Source of the DNA: Candidatus Zapsychrus exili
GTDB taxonomy: Bacteria; Omnitrophota; Gorgyraeia; Zapsychrales; Zapsychraceae
DNA: 64,000 nt
Assembly (NCBI GenBank): GCA_030765585.1
Contig: JAVCCJ010000121.1
Span: forward strand, 7,233-71,232
Reading direction: 5' to 3'
Shown: piece by piece, positions 42,201-57,200 of the stretch
Numbering within the stretch: position 1 is the stretch's first letter
Layout: each line of letters opens with the position of its first letter
Notes under the pieces: generated by a model
Told to the model about the DNA's origin: nothing
The model's input: the letters and a program-made list of their open reading frames with translations, nothing else
Database searches by the model: none
Position numbers and translations under genes: made by a program

Positions 42201-45200
42201 GGACCTGTTTTAGGTATTGCTCAAATGCCTCTTTCAGCTTTAGGTAAAAAATCAGCGTTAGCACCAAAGAGTATTTCAAAATTTTCTGCCAATAAATCTA
42301 GCGGTTTGAGTATTTCAAAAATCTTAAGTAGTCCAACTGCGCATAGTATGCCAGTAACTGTAGCTCAATTAGCTACTGTTGAAGTCTTAGCTGAAAAAGT
42401 ATTAGAAAATACATATTTTAAAACAGCTGCAGAAAATAAAGCTGATACTCTTTATAACTCGCATTTAGAAGAAACAAAGATAATGACTGGCGCATATCCT
42501 ACAACAACAAAGGCGCAGTTTAGAGAAGAATATGCTAAGAATAAAATAAAAGAAGATGCGGGACAAATAGCTTTTGCTTCACTTTTATTTAAGCCAAGTT
42601 CGATGCCTGGAGCAGAACCAGAAACAGGTGGTAAAGGAAATAAAGGATCTACAGCAGAGGCAAAAATAGAAACACCTCCCAACAAACCTTCTGACAACGC
42701 ACTCTCTGCGGATGCACAAATTAAATTATCAACTAAGCAAACAAATATAGATCAAGCACCAGTTGCTAAGCCAGAGAAATCGATGCTTTCTCGCATGACT
42801 ACCGCTGTTGATTATATCGGTTCTAAGTTCAAAGGTCATAATAATAACATACTAAGACAAAAAATAGGAACGCAATCTTTAGAACAGAATGTTATTATCA
42901 CAAGTTCTTCTAAACAATATGTTAAGGCGGCAAAAGAAGCGAGACGCAGAGGCACAGAATCAAAAGATAAAGAATACAGAGATTTAGATGAAATAGATCA
43001 AGTATTTAATATGTCAATGGATAGCTTAAGGGAGAGCATTGAAGCAGACGGAAGAACAAAATTTAAAGTAAAACCGAAACAATTAGCTCTTGTGTATTCA
43101 GTTATAGAACATGCAATTAAGGGAGAGAAGCTGTTGGCAATAGAGCCTGTTAGTGGCGGTAAAACAGTTTTAACAGCAGCTATTGTTGATTCTTTAGCTA
43201 AAAAAGGCAAAACAGTTGTTGTTATTGTACCGTCAGGTAAACTTGTAGATCAATATATGAATAGTGCTCTTTTCGAGAATGGCAGATTTACAACTCCTCA
43301 GACTCGCAATAATGGCAAAGATGCTGTTCCTGAGGCTTTAAAAAAGGGAATGGTTTATTTTATGACTGATGCTCAAGCTAAAGATTTTGTTCTTCATAAG
43401 AATAAAACAGGAGAAAACTTTTTTAAAGATGCACAAGGATTTTATGATGAAGCTCATAATCTTTTTACTATGTCAGACAAAATTATAGGCGGCGGTTCAG
43501 AGCGAGCCGCAAAGATTGTCGCAGAGAATTCTTCTCAAGCAAAGAGACTGCAAAGACAATATGATACAGATACGGAACTTGCTAGAATAACTGTTGATTT
43601 GGTTAGAGAAGTTGGCGGAGAAGTTGAATATTTAGTTGAGAATAAGAATTCAGACAGAATGTCACATCAATTTAAAGAGCAGGCAACTTATAGAAACGGT
43701 AAGAATGTTTGGGCTGTTAAAGACGCTAATGGAAAATTAAGCATTGTTAAGAAAGGTACAGCAGGAGCAGAGATTTTAAGACCAAAAGATATTGTTTTAG
43801 AGAGATTTAATAAGTCTGTTAAAGAGAAGAAATTAATAAGATTTAAATCAGATCATTCAAAAGCTTTGCTCGAAGATTTTGCAGGTTTAGCTAAGTCAGC
43901 TTTTCAAGAAGCTAGAATAAGGACAAAAAATAAACAGGGAAATCTAGAATCTGCTCCTTTAGATGCTTATACAGGCGAAGCACGTTGGGGTGAAATTTTT
44001 AGCGATCCTACAGGAAGAAATACAAAGGCAAGGGCTCTTGTTGCATTAGAAAGAGTACTTGCTCTTGAACGAGAAGGAAATGTTAATCTAGAATCGTATA
44101 TTAAAAGCGCCATTAATAGTACAGAACATAAAGCTCGTGGTGCTGATTTCTTAGATATGTTTGATAATGTGACTTTATTGACTGGTACTGCTGGTGAGGT
44201 AAAAGGTATGGCCAAAATGAAGAATATTAATATGGTTCAGTTTAGACCAGAGTATACATTAAAAGACATAGGACCTGAGAATGTGACTTTTGAGACTTCA
44301 GGAAAGTCTAAGATCGATATGATAGTAGACATTATTAGAGATGAAATTAATTTAGCTAAGAAAGCAGGCGATAATTTTGTATTGATTACTACTAATTCAA
44401 GGGAAGCAGGCGTATTGGGCGCTAGAAAAGCGCGTCAAACACAAAACCTTAAAGATAAGGGTTACAAAGTAGAGTATGTTTCTGATGCAAAATTAGCTGA
44501 GAGAATAAAAGAGATTAATAATTCTAATGCTAAAGAAAAGATTGTTATTGTTACCCAGGTAATTGAAGGCATTTCGGTTGAAGCTAAGGGTTCTGGTGTT
44601 GTGATGGAGACAGCTGTGCTCTCTGCGGCAGATACTACGCAAGCCCTAGCTCGTATGAACACATTTGCAGAGGCAAAGGATTCTTCGAGAACAAAGGCTA
44701 AAGCTAAGGTTAAATTACATATAGATGATCACTTAATCTTAACGGCAGAAAAACAAAAAATACTTGAAGCCCAGGGAAAACTTGATCAAGCAAGAAAAAC
44801 TAATAGCTCTGATGCAATAAAGAATGCCGAAGCCAATCTAGATTTAATTTGGAGAGAGATGATGCACTCTCTAACAGAATTTAAAACAAATCAAGGCCTA
44901 GCCACTATAAGTACAACGGTTGTAGAAGGGGTTAAAAGTAAAGTAGCAAAAGAGTCGGTACAACAGCAATTGAGATCAACAACACATGGCATTTTATCTG
45001 ATATAAGACAGGAAGCTCATAAAGACATTGCATTAGATTATATGAACAAAACAGGCAAAACATCTGCACAAATATCTTTGTCTGATAATAAAGGATTTGA
45101 AATATTTTCATCAAGCAAAGAAGGTGACGAGATATCAGTTGATAATATAAATAATGTTGGGCTTGTAGCAACAGAAGAAATAGAATTAATCCACGGAGCA

Positions 45201-48200
45201 AAATTAAAAGCTGGGCAAACATTAGATTATGAAACTGGATTTGTCTATGAAGCGCCACAAAATGAATTTGATATAAAAGATTTTAGTCAAATAAAGAGCG
45301 AGTATCTTCCTGTTGGCGTTATTAGTATAACAAGAGAAGATGTAAATAATCCTAAAGCTAACTATAATCCTGTTGTTAATACAGTTGTAAATGGAAAAAA
45401 GGCAGCAGCAATTGAGCTTTCTGATTTGGGTAAAAATACCTTGTTAGATAGACAAATAGTATATGCAGAAAACAGTGATGGCAAGATTGATCAAGTAGCT
45501 TATAGGGTTAAGCCAATCATCTCCAATGTAACAGTAGGAGCAGCTTTAAGTGCAATTAATATTAATGATGATTCTTATGAAATAGATAATGATGGATTTG
45601 CTATTGTTCCTATAGAAACATTTAATAAAGCTTTTAGCAAAGAAAATGCTCTAGATAATAGCGTATTTGATGGCATAGGCTTTAAGTTTGCGCAAGATAT
45701 AACAATACATGAAGGTTTTAAAGAAAAACGTTCAGACGCGATTACTGGTAGAACTAGAAAATCAAAGAATAAAGTTGCGAAAGATGCATTAAAACTATCA
45801 ATTCAAAAAACAGTAGAAACTCCAGAAATAGCTATTGCATTGCCTGACGGTCAAGGTGGCACAAAAACACAAAGAATTAAAATGGATGATTTAAGAGAAC
45901 TGCAAACTCGTATGGCAAGTTCTAAATCACCTGACTCAGACGTTAATCTTTATTTTGCTGATTATGATTCAGAAGAGTCTAAGGCAAAAACTAATAAAGC
46001 ATTAAACAATTTAGTTAGATTTTCAAATCCAACAACACAAGATGACAAAGATTGGGTTGCAAGTCTAAATACAGAAGAAGTGGTTCATTATGATACAGCA
46101 GCTAAATCATTAAAAACACGCGGCATATCTCCAGTTGAATTTGCTATGCGTTTTCAACATCAAATGGGTGGAAAGAATTTTGGCGGACATACTGGTTCTG
46201 GCGGTCAAGATGCATTAGGCAATAAGAGGGATCAACAAAACGTATATGTTAATGAATCAGCTACACATATTTTTGATTACTATCAAGACATAGAACGAGA
46301 CAAAGGATTTGAAGCTGCTAGTGATACTGAAAAGATGATGGAAACAGTTCTTCATGAGCAAATAGGTTTTGCTAATAGAGATTTTTCTCATTATCAAAAC
46401 GTTGAGGTTCGTCGTGTATGGTTAAAGGCAACTGAAGCTGTGAAGCAAATGAAAGAAAACAATGTAGATACAGTAGAGCTTCAATTAGTTGATGGATCAG
46501 GTTATGAAATTTACGAAGCTATTAAAGAAAACGGTAAGACAATTGGTGCGCAACCTATAAAATTAGTTGCACAAAATTCGGACGTTAAATTACGTCATTT
46601 AAACACAACACTAGCAAAAGGCGAAACACTAGATTATAAGGCATCATCTAAAACAGCATCATTGGATACTGGAAGCATTAAATATAAAAGTGTCGATAAT
46701 CAAGAAGACAAAATAGTATCAAAATTAAAAGTAGGACAAGATATTGTAAATATTACAGATCCTAATTTAAATGGACATACAAAACTTGCTCAAAGAGCAG
46801 TAGCTGATGTTGAGGATGCTGCTAGTATTTTAAACAAGATTGATTTATCTTTAAATGGAACAAGAAAAGAATTTGCGTTAGACAGACATATAAAGACTAT
46901 TGAGCAGTTAAGAAATACAAACAATGTATTTATTTCTAAAAATGCTGGCGCTATGAGTACTGATGACGGAAGAATGATTGTTGGAAGACTTGATAACAAC
47001 AATAATAGACTTGTATTAAATTCAGAGGCTAATGGAGAAATGGCTGATATTTATTTAAGAGGACAGAAAATAGTTGAGAACGTTCCTTTAAGAGTAGCTG
47101 CCATTATTAGTGAAGTAGATAGAAAACATGATGCAGGATTTGAAGTATACAAAGCTAAAAATGATGCACCAGCACAATCTAAAGCATCTGACAACGCATT
47201 AACTGCTGATACATTCCACCCTGCAAACATCACAACAAGAAAACAAATTCAAGGTATGATGCGCGATGGTGTTGATCAAGCACTTATGACATTAAGAGCT
47301 GGTGGATATGATTCTAAAGCTAAAATAATGAATTTTACAAAAGCTAATTTACCTGATAGCTTCAACAAACGTGTTAAAGATTTTGCAATGCGCGCTCGCG
47401 TTCGTGCAACAACAGCAAGAGAAAGAGCTCAAAAGGATACATTTGGTTCTGTAATTCATGCTTCTTCAGGTCGTGTTAGTACATTAGAATGGGGACTTCA
47501 CGAAGCAGGATATAAAACAGACGAAGCAATGGTTGCAAAAATAGCTGATATCGTTGCAGGCGACCCACGTAGAGTAGAAGGTGATATTGCAGTTTATGAT
47601 TTTAGTGATGTTAAAGGCACTACAAGATTAGACAATTATGAACTCCATGTAGATACAACTCGTAATTTTGATGATAAATCAATGCTTTCAATATTTGCAG
47701 ACGCTCCACAAGGTCAAACAATTGCATGGTTAGGTGAAAATATTGCTGTTGTAAATACAGATATATCAGTTGGTGGCGAAAGCGAACTTGCACGCAGCTG
47801 GTCAAAGATAGAGAAAAAATTAGGAAATCAAAATTTTGATGAGCAATTAGCAATGGTAATGCAATTTGATATTATCGATCTTAATAAGTTAGTTGCTTTA
47901 GCTGTTGAAGATGCTAATACAGAAGAAGCCATACTTGCTCGCGCTAAAGGTTTAAGTGTTGATGCTCCAATTTATGTAGCTGTTATGCGTGACGAATGGG
48001 TATTCTTTGCAGTTGTAGATGGCAAGCTTGTAGGCGAGCCACAAAAAGCAGAAGATATTTCTAACGGACTTGTGTTAATGTCTAAGGAAAGCATTCCAGG
48101 ACATGTTGTAGCTAAGTTTAGCGAAAAATATGTTGTTGCTCAATCTGTTCTTAATCCAGAAACTAGCATACCTACAGCGCTTGGAAAAGGCCAGTGGGCA

Positions 48201-51200
48201 CCTATTGAAGGTCAATTAGCGTCTATGAGCGCTACTGCAATGCTGTCAGTTGTTCCAAGCGTTGCTAAGCATGAAAAGATTGTTGTTGTTCAATCTGATG
48301 CAGGACAAGCAGAGAAAACAGCCATAGAGTTTGCTCTTGCAATACCAGAGAAACAAATTTATGTAGTTAATCATACAAAGACAAATCAATGGTTCGTTAA
48401 AGTTACAGTAGCGGATGGTGAAGCTAATATATCCAATGTATTTATTACAGCTGATAAGCTAGAAAATGGCGTTGTGGTTGTTGATGCTGCAATGTTGTCA
48501 GAAGCTGCATTTGATATACTTCGCGCAAATGGCGCAATAATAAGCAAAGCTGCAATGCCAGATAGTTTTGGTGGCGAAGATAATGTTAGCGCAAAAGCAG
48601 TTAAAGCAGTATTCAATACAGACTACAGACAAAAGACCATAGACCAAAGACTAAAAACAAAAGAAGCAGCAGAAGAACCAGTAATTGTCGTTCCTGTTGC
48701 TCCTCGCAATGACGCAATTGATATGCCAGCAATGGTTCCTGCTGCAACAATACCTGTTACTGTTCCGATGCTTATGAGCAGTGGCGTAGGCGATAATAGT
48801 CCTAATGTAGAGCTTGCTGATGCTGCAATGACAAGTGGTCCTGGAAATAACAGCCCTAATTACAAAGATATAATAGCTAAGAGTGAAGAGCTGATAGCTG
48901 ATAGTGAAAAGACAATAGCGATTAGTCAAAAGATAAGAGCTGCAAGTGAAGAGATAAGAGCAAATAGCAGAGCGATAAGGAAAAAGATTGCTACGTCAGG
49001 TTCTGACGATGCAATGTTAGCGGCAGCAAAAACAGACGATATTATGCAATATCTGCCTTATGATCGCAAGATTGAAAATGATGTCTTAGTCAAAATGAAA
49101 CAAGATGTCGGTAGAATAGTAGATATCATAAATGAAACAAATAGAAAGATTGAACCTGAGTTTAGCGTAAGAGACGATCAAGTTAAAATGGCTGAAGCCT
49201 TGATAGAGGGTAAGGTTGTTGTTGCTGAAAATGCTGCTGGTAAAACACTTGCTAAATTTATTGCAGGACTTGCAAATATAGTGAATGGTCGTCAGGCAAC
49301 TATTTTAACTCGTGATGAAAACGATAGTGCTAAGTGGATATTAGAAGCTCCAGAAGAAGGGTTCGGAGCAAATTATAGCCAAATGTTAGCTGCTACAATG
49401 AAGGAATATGAACTTGAAAGTTCTGGTATCGTAGACTTAGATGGTTTAATGAAGAGATATGATGATGCGCTTAAGAAAAGAAGAACAATTGTAGCTAATA
49501 AAGAAATTAATGAAATAAAGGGACAGATATTAAGAGCATTACAATCTAAAGATATGTTAAAGATTGTTTCAATCAATGCTCGTGGTCATATGCCGAACAG
49601 ATTCCTTGATGATGATTTAATTTTACAAGGTATTAAATCAATCAAGGATGACGGCGATACTATTTTAGATGAGGCAGACGACCTTCTTCTACTTGAAACT
49701 ACATATATCCAATCACAATCACAATCTGTTAAGAAGAATAGTAATTTACGCAAGATTGTATCACAAGCCAAGAAAATATTTGATCAAGTTAAAATAGGCA
49801 CAGACGAAGAAGATGCTATAAAAGTTGCTGCATCAATTCAAGACTTCGAAAAGCTTAATAAAGCAAATAAGAAAGCTGTTTGGTATAGTCAAGGTTCAGG
49901 TTTAATTGGTGCACCAGACTTGCTTATTTCTGATGCTGTTTATGAAAGTTTTAAAGAAGGTACATTGCCTACTATGATTGAAGGCGTTATTAGAGGAAAG
50001 ATAGAAGAAATAGGCACAAGACTTGCAGCAGATCTTAATAAGGGCGAACTTGTTCCAGTAACTCGTACTGGTGAACTTCAAAGCGATATGATCTTTAGCC
50101 AAATACCATACAAGGTAGCTCAAACGCTTAAGATTAATGAAATACTAAAAGCTCGTGGAGATAGTCAACTTAAACTAAACAATATTACTGTTACAGGTGA
50201 TACTGTTCGTGAGAATCCTATATCAGAAATGCTTCAAGGAAAAGGTAGAGTTGTTGGTGCAACTGCTAATAAGGCGGGTGCTGAGTATATTATACAAGCT
50301 AAGACAGGTTCAACAGAAGGTATAGTTACTATTGGAGAAGAAAGTAATGTCTTTAAACAAGCAGCTCTTCCAACAAAGAATTATCGTCATGTTGATATTA
50401 CAGGACAAGCAGGCGGGCTAGTTGATCAGCTAGCTTCTATGGCAGAAAAATCACTTGCCGATAATAAAGGTACGTTGATATTTACATCAGATCATGTTCA
50501 GTTACGTAAGATAGCTGAAGACTTAAAGAAGAGATTTCCTAATACAGAAGTTGGCGTTATTGACGAAGATACAAAGCCAGAACAAATAGAAAAGTATAGA
50601 AATGAAATAGGAACTCATAAAGGCAACTCTACTCCACGTATTGTTGTATCTCTTCCACGTGTTGCTAAGCAGGTTAGTTTTAAGGGTAATTTAGATGTAA
50701 TAGTTTCTGATGGTGCAAGTTGGCCAAAGGCTGATCTTACTCATGCTGTTAACAGAAACAACAGAAGCGAGAAGCTTGAATTAAGATTAGGTCGCTCTTA
50801 TGTATTAGTAGACAAAGAAGCTTTAAATAAGAAATTTGAATTTGTTCGCAATCTTGTGCCAGAAATAAAGGGCTTAAGCAAAGCGGATGATGTAAATAAA
50901 TTAGTTGATGAAATAGAAAAAGCAGGCGCTGGCGATACTTTAGCATTGTCTAAAAAACATAGACTAGTTGCTGAATTCTTACAAGCACAACAACGTTCAA
51001 GCTCACACAAGCATACTATACTTACTTTATTTAGAAACAATCGTCAAACTGAGCCAATGCAAGATCTTTATGATTCAAGAGTTGGTTCAGATAAAAAGAT
51101 TGTACAAGAAATTCTGTTTAAGGAACGTGCAGGTCTTTATGGAAACACAATGCAAAAACTTCATGATAATCCATTTACCGGCGAAGAATGGGTAAGGGAA

Positions 51201-54200
51201 GCTTCTAGACAAAGCTGGGAAGCCGCAGTTAGAGAATGGAATGATTTACTTGAGCTGGCTAAAACAAAGGGTGGTTCAGCTGAACTTCTTGCGCGTGTTG
51301 AAGAACAAATTGATCTTATGAGGGATCGTCAAACTAATGAGCCTGGTGAATATTTAAATGTAGTTGCTAATGGCAAGGTGTTGAATCAATTTGCTGATGT
51401 TTTAAAAGATGCAAATAAAGAGCAGAACAAAGAAGTTCGTCTAAGAAAATTAGAAGCAGGTCATAAAGGTATATTAATGGCCGCTAAGTATCTTGGTGAA
51501 GGAATTATACCAACACGTGTTACAGCATTCTTCAAAGCAGATAATATTAAGTCAGTTGCATCAAAGACAGATAAAAGTAAAGATATGACTTATGTTGAAT
51601 TTGTTAAAGGACTTACATCCGAAGAAAAGAATAAGTTTAATTTATCTATGTATGGTTTTGTTGTTGAATTAAAAGGTGAATATACTCTTGCTCGTCGTGG
51701 ACATCAATTAATATCCATGTTGGATGCTTTTGAGAATTTAAGCCAACAAGATATGGATAAACTTGGAGCGACAGTTGGAAGCCATACTCCATTTACAATC
51801 GCAGTTCAATTGGTTCAAGCAGATATAGTAGATATAAAAGAAGCTAAACAGTTAGCATCAATGGTTAATTTCTGGTTAGAGAATGCTGGTCAAACAGAGC
51901 ATATAGTTTCTTTAAGTGAAGAACAACAATCTAATTTCTTAAGCAAACTTAAAAAATTGACATTGCTAATATCTGATAAAACTTACACATTGCTTGCTTC
52001 TATTGGAGAAGAAATTGGAATAATTGATAATGTTGATATGCTTACTCAGATAAAGTCAAGATCTGATGCAATTACGCAGGCATTAGAAGGGGTAAAAGAT
52101 TTAGAAGCGCAAAAAGCAAAAGCAGGATTATTAGGAATTAGATTTAATGGAAAATTAAAAACTGCTGTTAAGACATTAGTTGAGCTGGTTAATCCTACAA
52201 TAGCGAAGATGGCATCTCTTCAAAATGAAATTGCATCTGATAAATTAGATATAGGCCCAATTGAATTTGCCGCTATTCTTCTAAATAGTGACGAGTTAAG
52301 AAACATTGAAGATATTAGTCGTGCAGAGAAGACATTAATATATATAGGAGAGACAATAGGCTATAAGCAATTAGATAAAAAACAAATAAATTTTGTTGCT
52401 TCTTTATTAGAAGAGTCGCTAGTATTACCTGCAGTTCTTTTAGTTGAAAGTGAAAGTATATCTGATGCTCAAAGAGAGCAACATATTAGAGTAGCTGCTA
52501 ATAAGATTGATCAAAACGCAAAGGTTAAGAAGCAAGACCTTCAAATGCTATTCTATCAAATGTTATCTAATCCTCATAAATTTGGTTTAACAGCATCAGC
52601 TGCAAAGAAAAAAGTAAGAAAGTTCAATTGGAAGCTAGATAAAGCAGATACATTTAAGAAGATAAGAACTACTTTAGGAAATGAACTTGCATCTAGATTA
52701 AATCCAAAATTAGGCTTCTTGGATAAGTTTAGTGTTTCTGATAATGAAGAGTTTAAGCTTGTTTCAGGTCGCATAGATTGGACAGATGAGCAAGCCGAGC
52801 AAGAATATAATAAATTAGCTGATAAAGAAAAAGAAATACAAGAAAAGACAGAAGAGCTTGTTCAGAAATTAAAAGAAAAACAAGAAGAGACGAAAGGCAA
52901 TGTTCAAGAATCAGTCAAAGAGGTTAAGAAAGCAAGCTTCTTAAACAGATTTAAGCCAACAATTGTTTTTGAAGGCAACAATATGGCAGAAAAGGTGCTT
53001 AAGGCAGGAATTAAAATAGGTTCTGTTACTTTAGGTTGGATGTTAGTGCCTTCGGTGTTGATTGCATCTCTTGTGTTTGGCACATCAGGTCTTGGGATTA
53101 TTGGAATGGTATTGGTTAGTGCCACTATTCATGAAATAGGTCATATTGTTGCAGCTAGAATATTAGGAGGAAGCCAAACTTATCAAGGAATGGGCGTATA
53201 TGGTCCAATAGCACAGGCTACGCTTAATACGAGAGGACTTTCTAAAAATGCTATAAGAATTATTGCAGCTATTGGTCCTATAACAAATATATTGGTTGGT
53301 ACTGTGGCCTTAGCTTTTGGAGTTGATCCATTTACTGCATATCAAGGAATAGAATTCTGGGGCGTTCCTGTTAATTTAGTTACTATAAACCTTGTTTTCT
53401 TAGCTGCGGTAAATCTTCTACCAATACCTGCGTTTGATGGTCTTACAGTTATAACAGGTAAAAACACTAAGACATCTATGGCTTCAGGGTCTGGAAAAGC
53501 TTTCTATTCAAGTATTCCACTATATGAATTTGTGTTATATGTTGCTTCTGTTCTGTCATTGCGAGGAGTAAAGCGACGCGGCAATCTAGAAGAAGAGATT
53601 GCTTTGCAAAAACCGCTCGCAATGACCGATAATGAGAAACATACTCAACAGTCAGCTATATTTGAGTCACAAGACAAGATTGAGGCAATTAATTTGAACA
53701 TTGAGCTTGAAAAGGCTGTAATGCCTGAAATTCCAGCTATGCCAGATAGAAGTATGCCGTTTGATCCATTAGGTATACCAGTAGCTCCGATGATTCCTCT
53801 TGGAGCACCAGCTTTAATGCTGTTAGGGTCTGTTTCAGGCAGTGGTCCAGGTGGAAAAGCACCTGTTAGTATGGTAGAACAACAAAGAGAATTTGGTCAA
53901 AATGAAGCAGATATTAAAGTAGCACAAGCTCAGACAGGTAGCGAGGTAGGGTTCTTATTAGCGTTTGCTCTCGATCTTAAGAGTCGAATGAATTTTAGTA
54001 GTACCGGTCTGAGTCCAAATGCGATAAGCGCTGCCATCCTTTTCCGCAAAGGATCAGGCAGAGCAAATGTAGTAGCGCGGATAATAGTAAATGTAGTACA
54101 TGTTGTAGCAAATGCAGTAAACGTAGTAAGTAGCAATGGTTCTAAGCCGTTGATATCTAGTGACTTCGGTCATAAAGGTAAAAATAACGGAGAGCCTGGT

Positions 54201-57200
54201 TCACGTAGTGTGTCAAAAAGCCGAGCAATTGAAGTTAAGGCTGGTAGTAAAGCAGTAGTAGCAAAGCTTGTAAGAAACACTTTGGTCAGCATGATAGAGT
54301 ACTTCAAACAAGTTGCAGTAAGGGTTAAGTTGGCAATGAAGGTTCAGGATGATCGCACTGAAACAAGGTTACGTGAAAGCAGAACCACAACAGTAGCAAA
54401 AGCAGTAAACGTAACAAATGAAGCAGAAGTAAATGCAGTAAAAGCAATTGTCATAGAAGAAGCACAAGTAGTATCAGTAGCACAAGTAGCAAGTGCATCT
54501 AATGTTAAGGCTACCGTTGCGGAAGGATTGGAATCCGTATCTAGATCTGCATTATTAAGATCTATGATTAGCTCATCTGCCACAATGGCAGGAATTGTTC
54601 TATTCACAATTAGAGATGAAGTTACTCAAGGCGTTGGTGAACTTTACGCCCAAGTTGTATTTAGGGGTGTGAAAAATGTGTCATCTGAAACTAGTCTTGA
54701 ATATAATGACGCTCAAGGTGCGTCTAATATCAAGATAAGGATAGTAAGCCTTGCTAAGAACATATATAGAAGTCTTAGAGTGCGCGAAGAATCAGGAGAC
54801 GCGGAACCAGGGGCTTCACCAGTTTATAAGTTTGTCCCAACAATTAACACCCAAGGAAACCAAGCCCTGGGTGTGCCTGTATTCCTATCAGCGAATATCA
54901 TAACTATAGGATCATTAAATTCTATCCACTTCTTATTAGGGGCAGCTGCTATAGCTGTTATGCTTGCAATGTTAGCATATGCAATCTATAGAGGTGCGCC
55001 AAATACTATTCATGTAAATTCAATTAAATCAAACACAGATAACAGCCTTATAAATAAAGCACGTGCATATATACGCGCGCGAGTTACTTATAAGGCTGTT
55101 TTATTTGGTAGTTTAAACCATAACGAGTCACAAGCCACGGACTCCAAACAAGGAGGTACATTATGGTCTGCATCAATACAATCAATTCAAGAAGTTTTAG
55201 CAAAAATACAGAAGGCTTACAAATCACACATTTTGTCGAATATCCAAACTCAAGCTGCTTTATCGCAACCGCAAATAACAAAGACACGAATAGAACAAAA
55301 GTCTATCTTGTTGGACAAGATGAACGTATTTATGAACGCTGTGGACTTAAAAGCACTTGGAATGAGCTTCAAAGCGAAAACAAGCGATTTCTTACAAAGC
55401 TTGTTAAAGAAGCTTTCAGCAACGAAGATGTACCATGTTATACAGCTAATAGTTCAAGCATACTTAACTAAGAAAGAAGTAATAAAGAATAGTAATGAAG
55501 TGGAAGTCGTTAGTTCCGTGGCTGGAGGCTTCTCGGCTCCACTTCTTACTAAGCAATTTGTTGAACAAATTGCTAATAATGGGGAAGAAAAATATTTAGT
55601 ACAAGCTAGTAATGGAGTGGAAGTCGTTAGTTCCGTGGCTGGAGACTTTTTGACTACACTCCTTGCTGGCATAAACAGATTTAAAGTAGCATTTGCTACA
55701 GTAGCCATATTACTTTTAAATACAGCAGTTAAAGCGCAAAGTGCTATAGCTGATACAGCTGCCGTTGTTGTAGATTCCGTGGCTGGAGGTCTTAACACAA
55801 CGGCAGCTGTTACTGATTTAAGCAGCCCAACATCTGAATTTTTTGCTCAAATAGGCAATATTACATCAGAGAGTGTATTGATAATGATCGCAGCGGCATT
55901 AATCGCAAGTGTAGTTACATGGTTTGTTATATATGTTGCATCAAAGAAATTAGCAGTAAATATAAGTAGAAGCGGTGCTTTAACGTTAGGTTTTGCTGTG
56001 GCATTTTCAGGATTAAAATTGTTTACAATAGCAGCTCCTATAATTAAGGAAGTGTTTGCCACTACAACATCTTTAGGGATGTTAGAACATTTTGCAACAA
56101 TGGCACCAGTTGTGCTTATACCTGTTTTTGCATTAATGCTTGGAATTTCGCTTGTTGCTTGGAACATTCAAAGAATTTATAAGAGCAAGACAACAGCTAT
56201 AGCTTCGCCATACAATTTTAATACTCTTTCTAAGGCAGAAAAACAAGTTTATAAGAAGGAATTTAAGAAACAATATAAACCGCTTAGAATGAGTTTTAAA
56301 GAATTTGGTCGTTTTGTTTCAGCAAGAAGAGAAATTGTTATTTCTTTAACAGTTATTGGAGCAATTGTAGGTGTTTTAACAAGCACGTCTACTCTATTAA
56401 CAATGGTTTCAGCAGGTGTTCAAGGAGCTTTAGTAGGATTTGTTTCAGTGTATCTGTTATCAGTGCTTTGGAATTTCTTCTTTGGATATGTTTGGAAGAA
56501 CACACAATTTGTTGAGTTTGTTGAAGATAATAGAGGAAGATTTAGCTCAGATGAAACAATCATACAAGAAGTAAAGAATTTAGAAGAGAAGCTAAGTAAT
56601 ACAGGCGTTTTAGAAAATAGCATATATGTAATAAAAGATCTGTTGATTTCGCTGACACTAAGATTCCCAGTTACTGGAGGAATCATACAGTTTGTGATTG
56701 GTCGTGGTTTCTTAGCTTTAGCTGGAAGCTATGTAGCCGGACCAATCACTGCTTTAATCAGCCCTTCAATAACAACTACATCTATATTAGGTTTTTGGCC
56801 AGCTGTAGTAAGTTTCTTAAAAGGCATATACCTTGATACAACAATAGGCGGATTTATAAGATTAGCTCTTATGGTTATTTTCCTTAACCTTAAAAAGATA
56901 CCTGCTTATTACAATATGACGTTTAAATTGTTCACAGGTGAGGCAATTAATACATTTAATCTTAAGAGCCATTTAAGAGAACTTCATAAGAAGCTACCTT
57001 TACATATATTAGCAGCGTTTGTGTCAGTAGCTTCTATTGTTTTAGCCCCTGCTTTTGGTATTATTTATTTAGCTAATATATCAGCTGAAGCTAATGCACG
57101 GGATGTAAATAAATATGCAAAGGTTATTGGCGATATGGGTAAAGATTTTTGGGTTGGAATGTGGAACATGTGGTTAATCTCAATGGAAATTGGTCTTATC

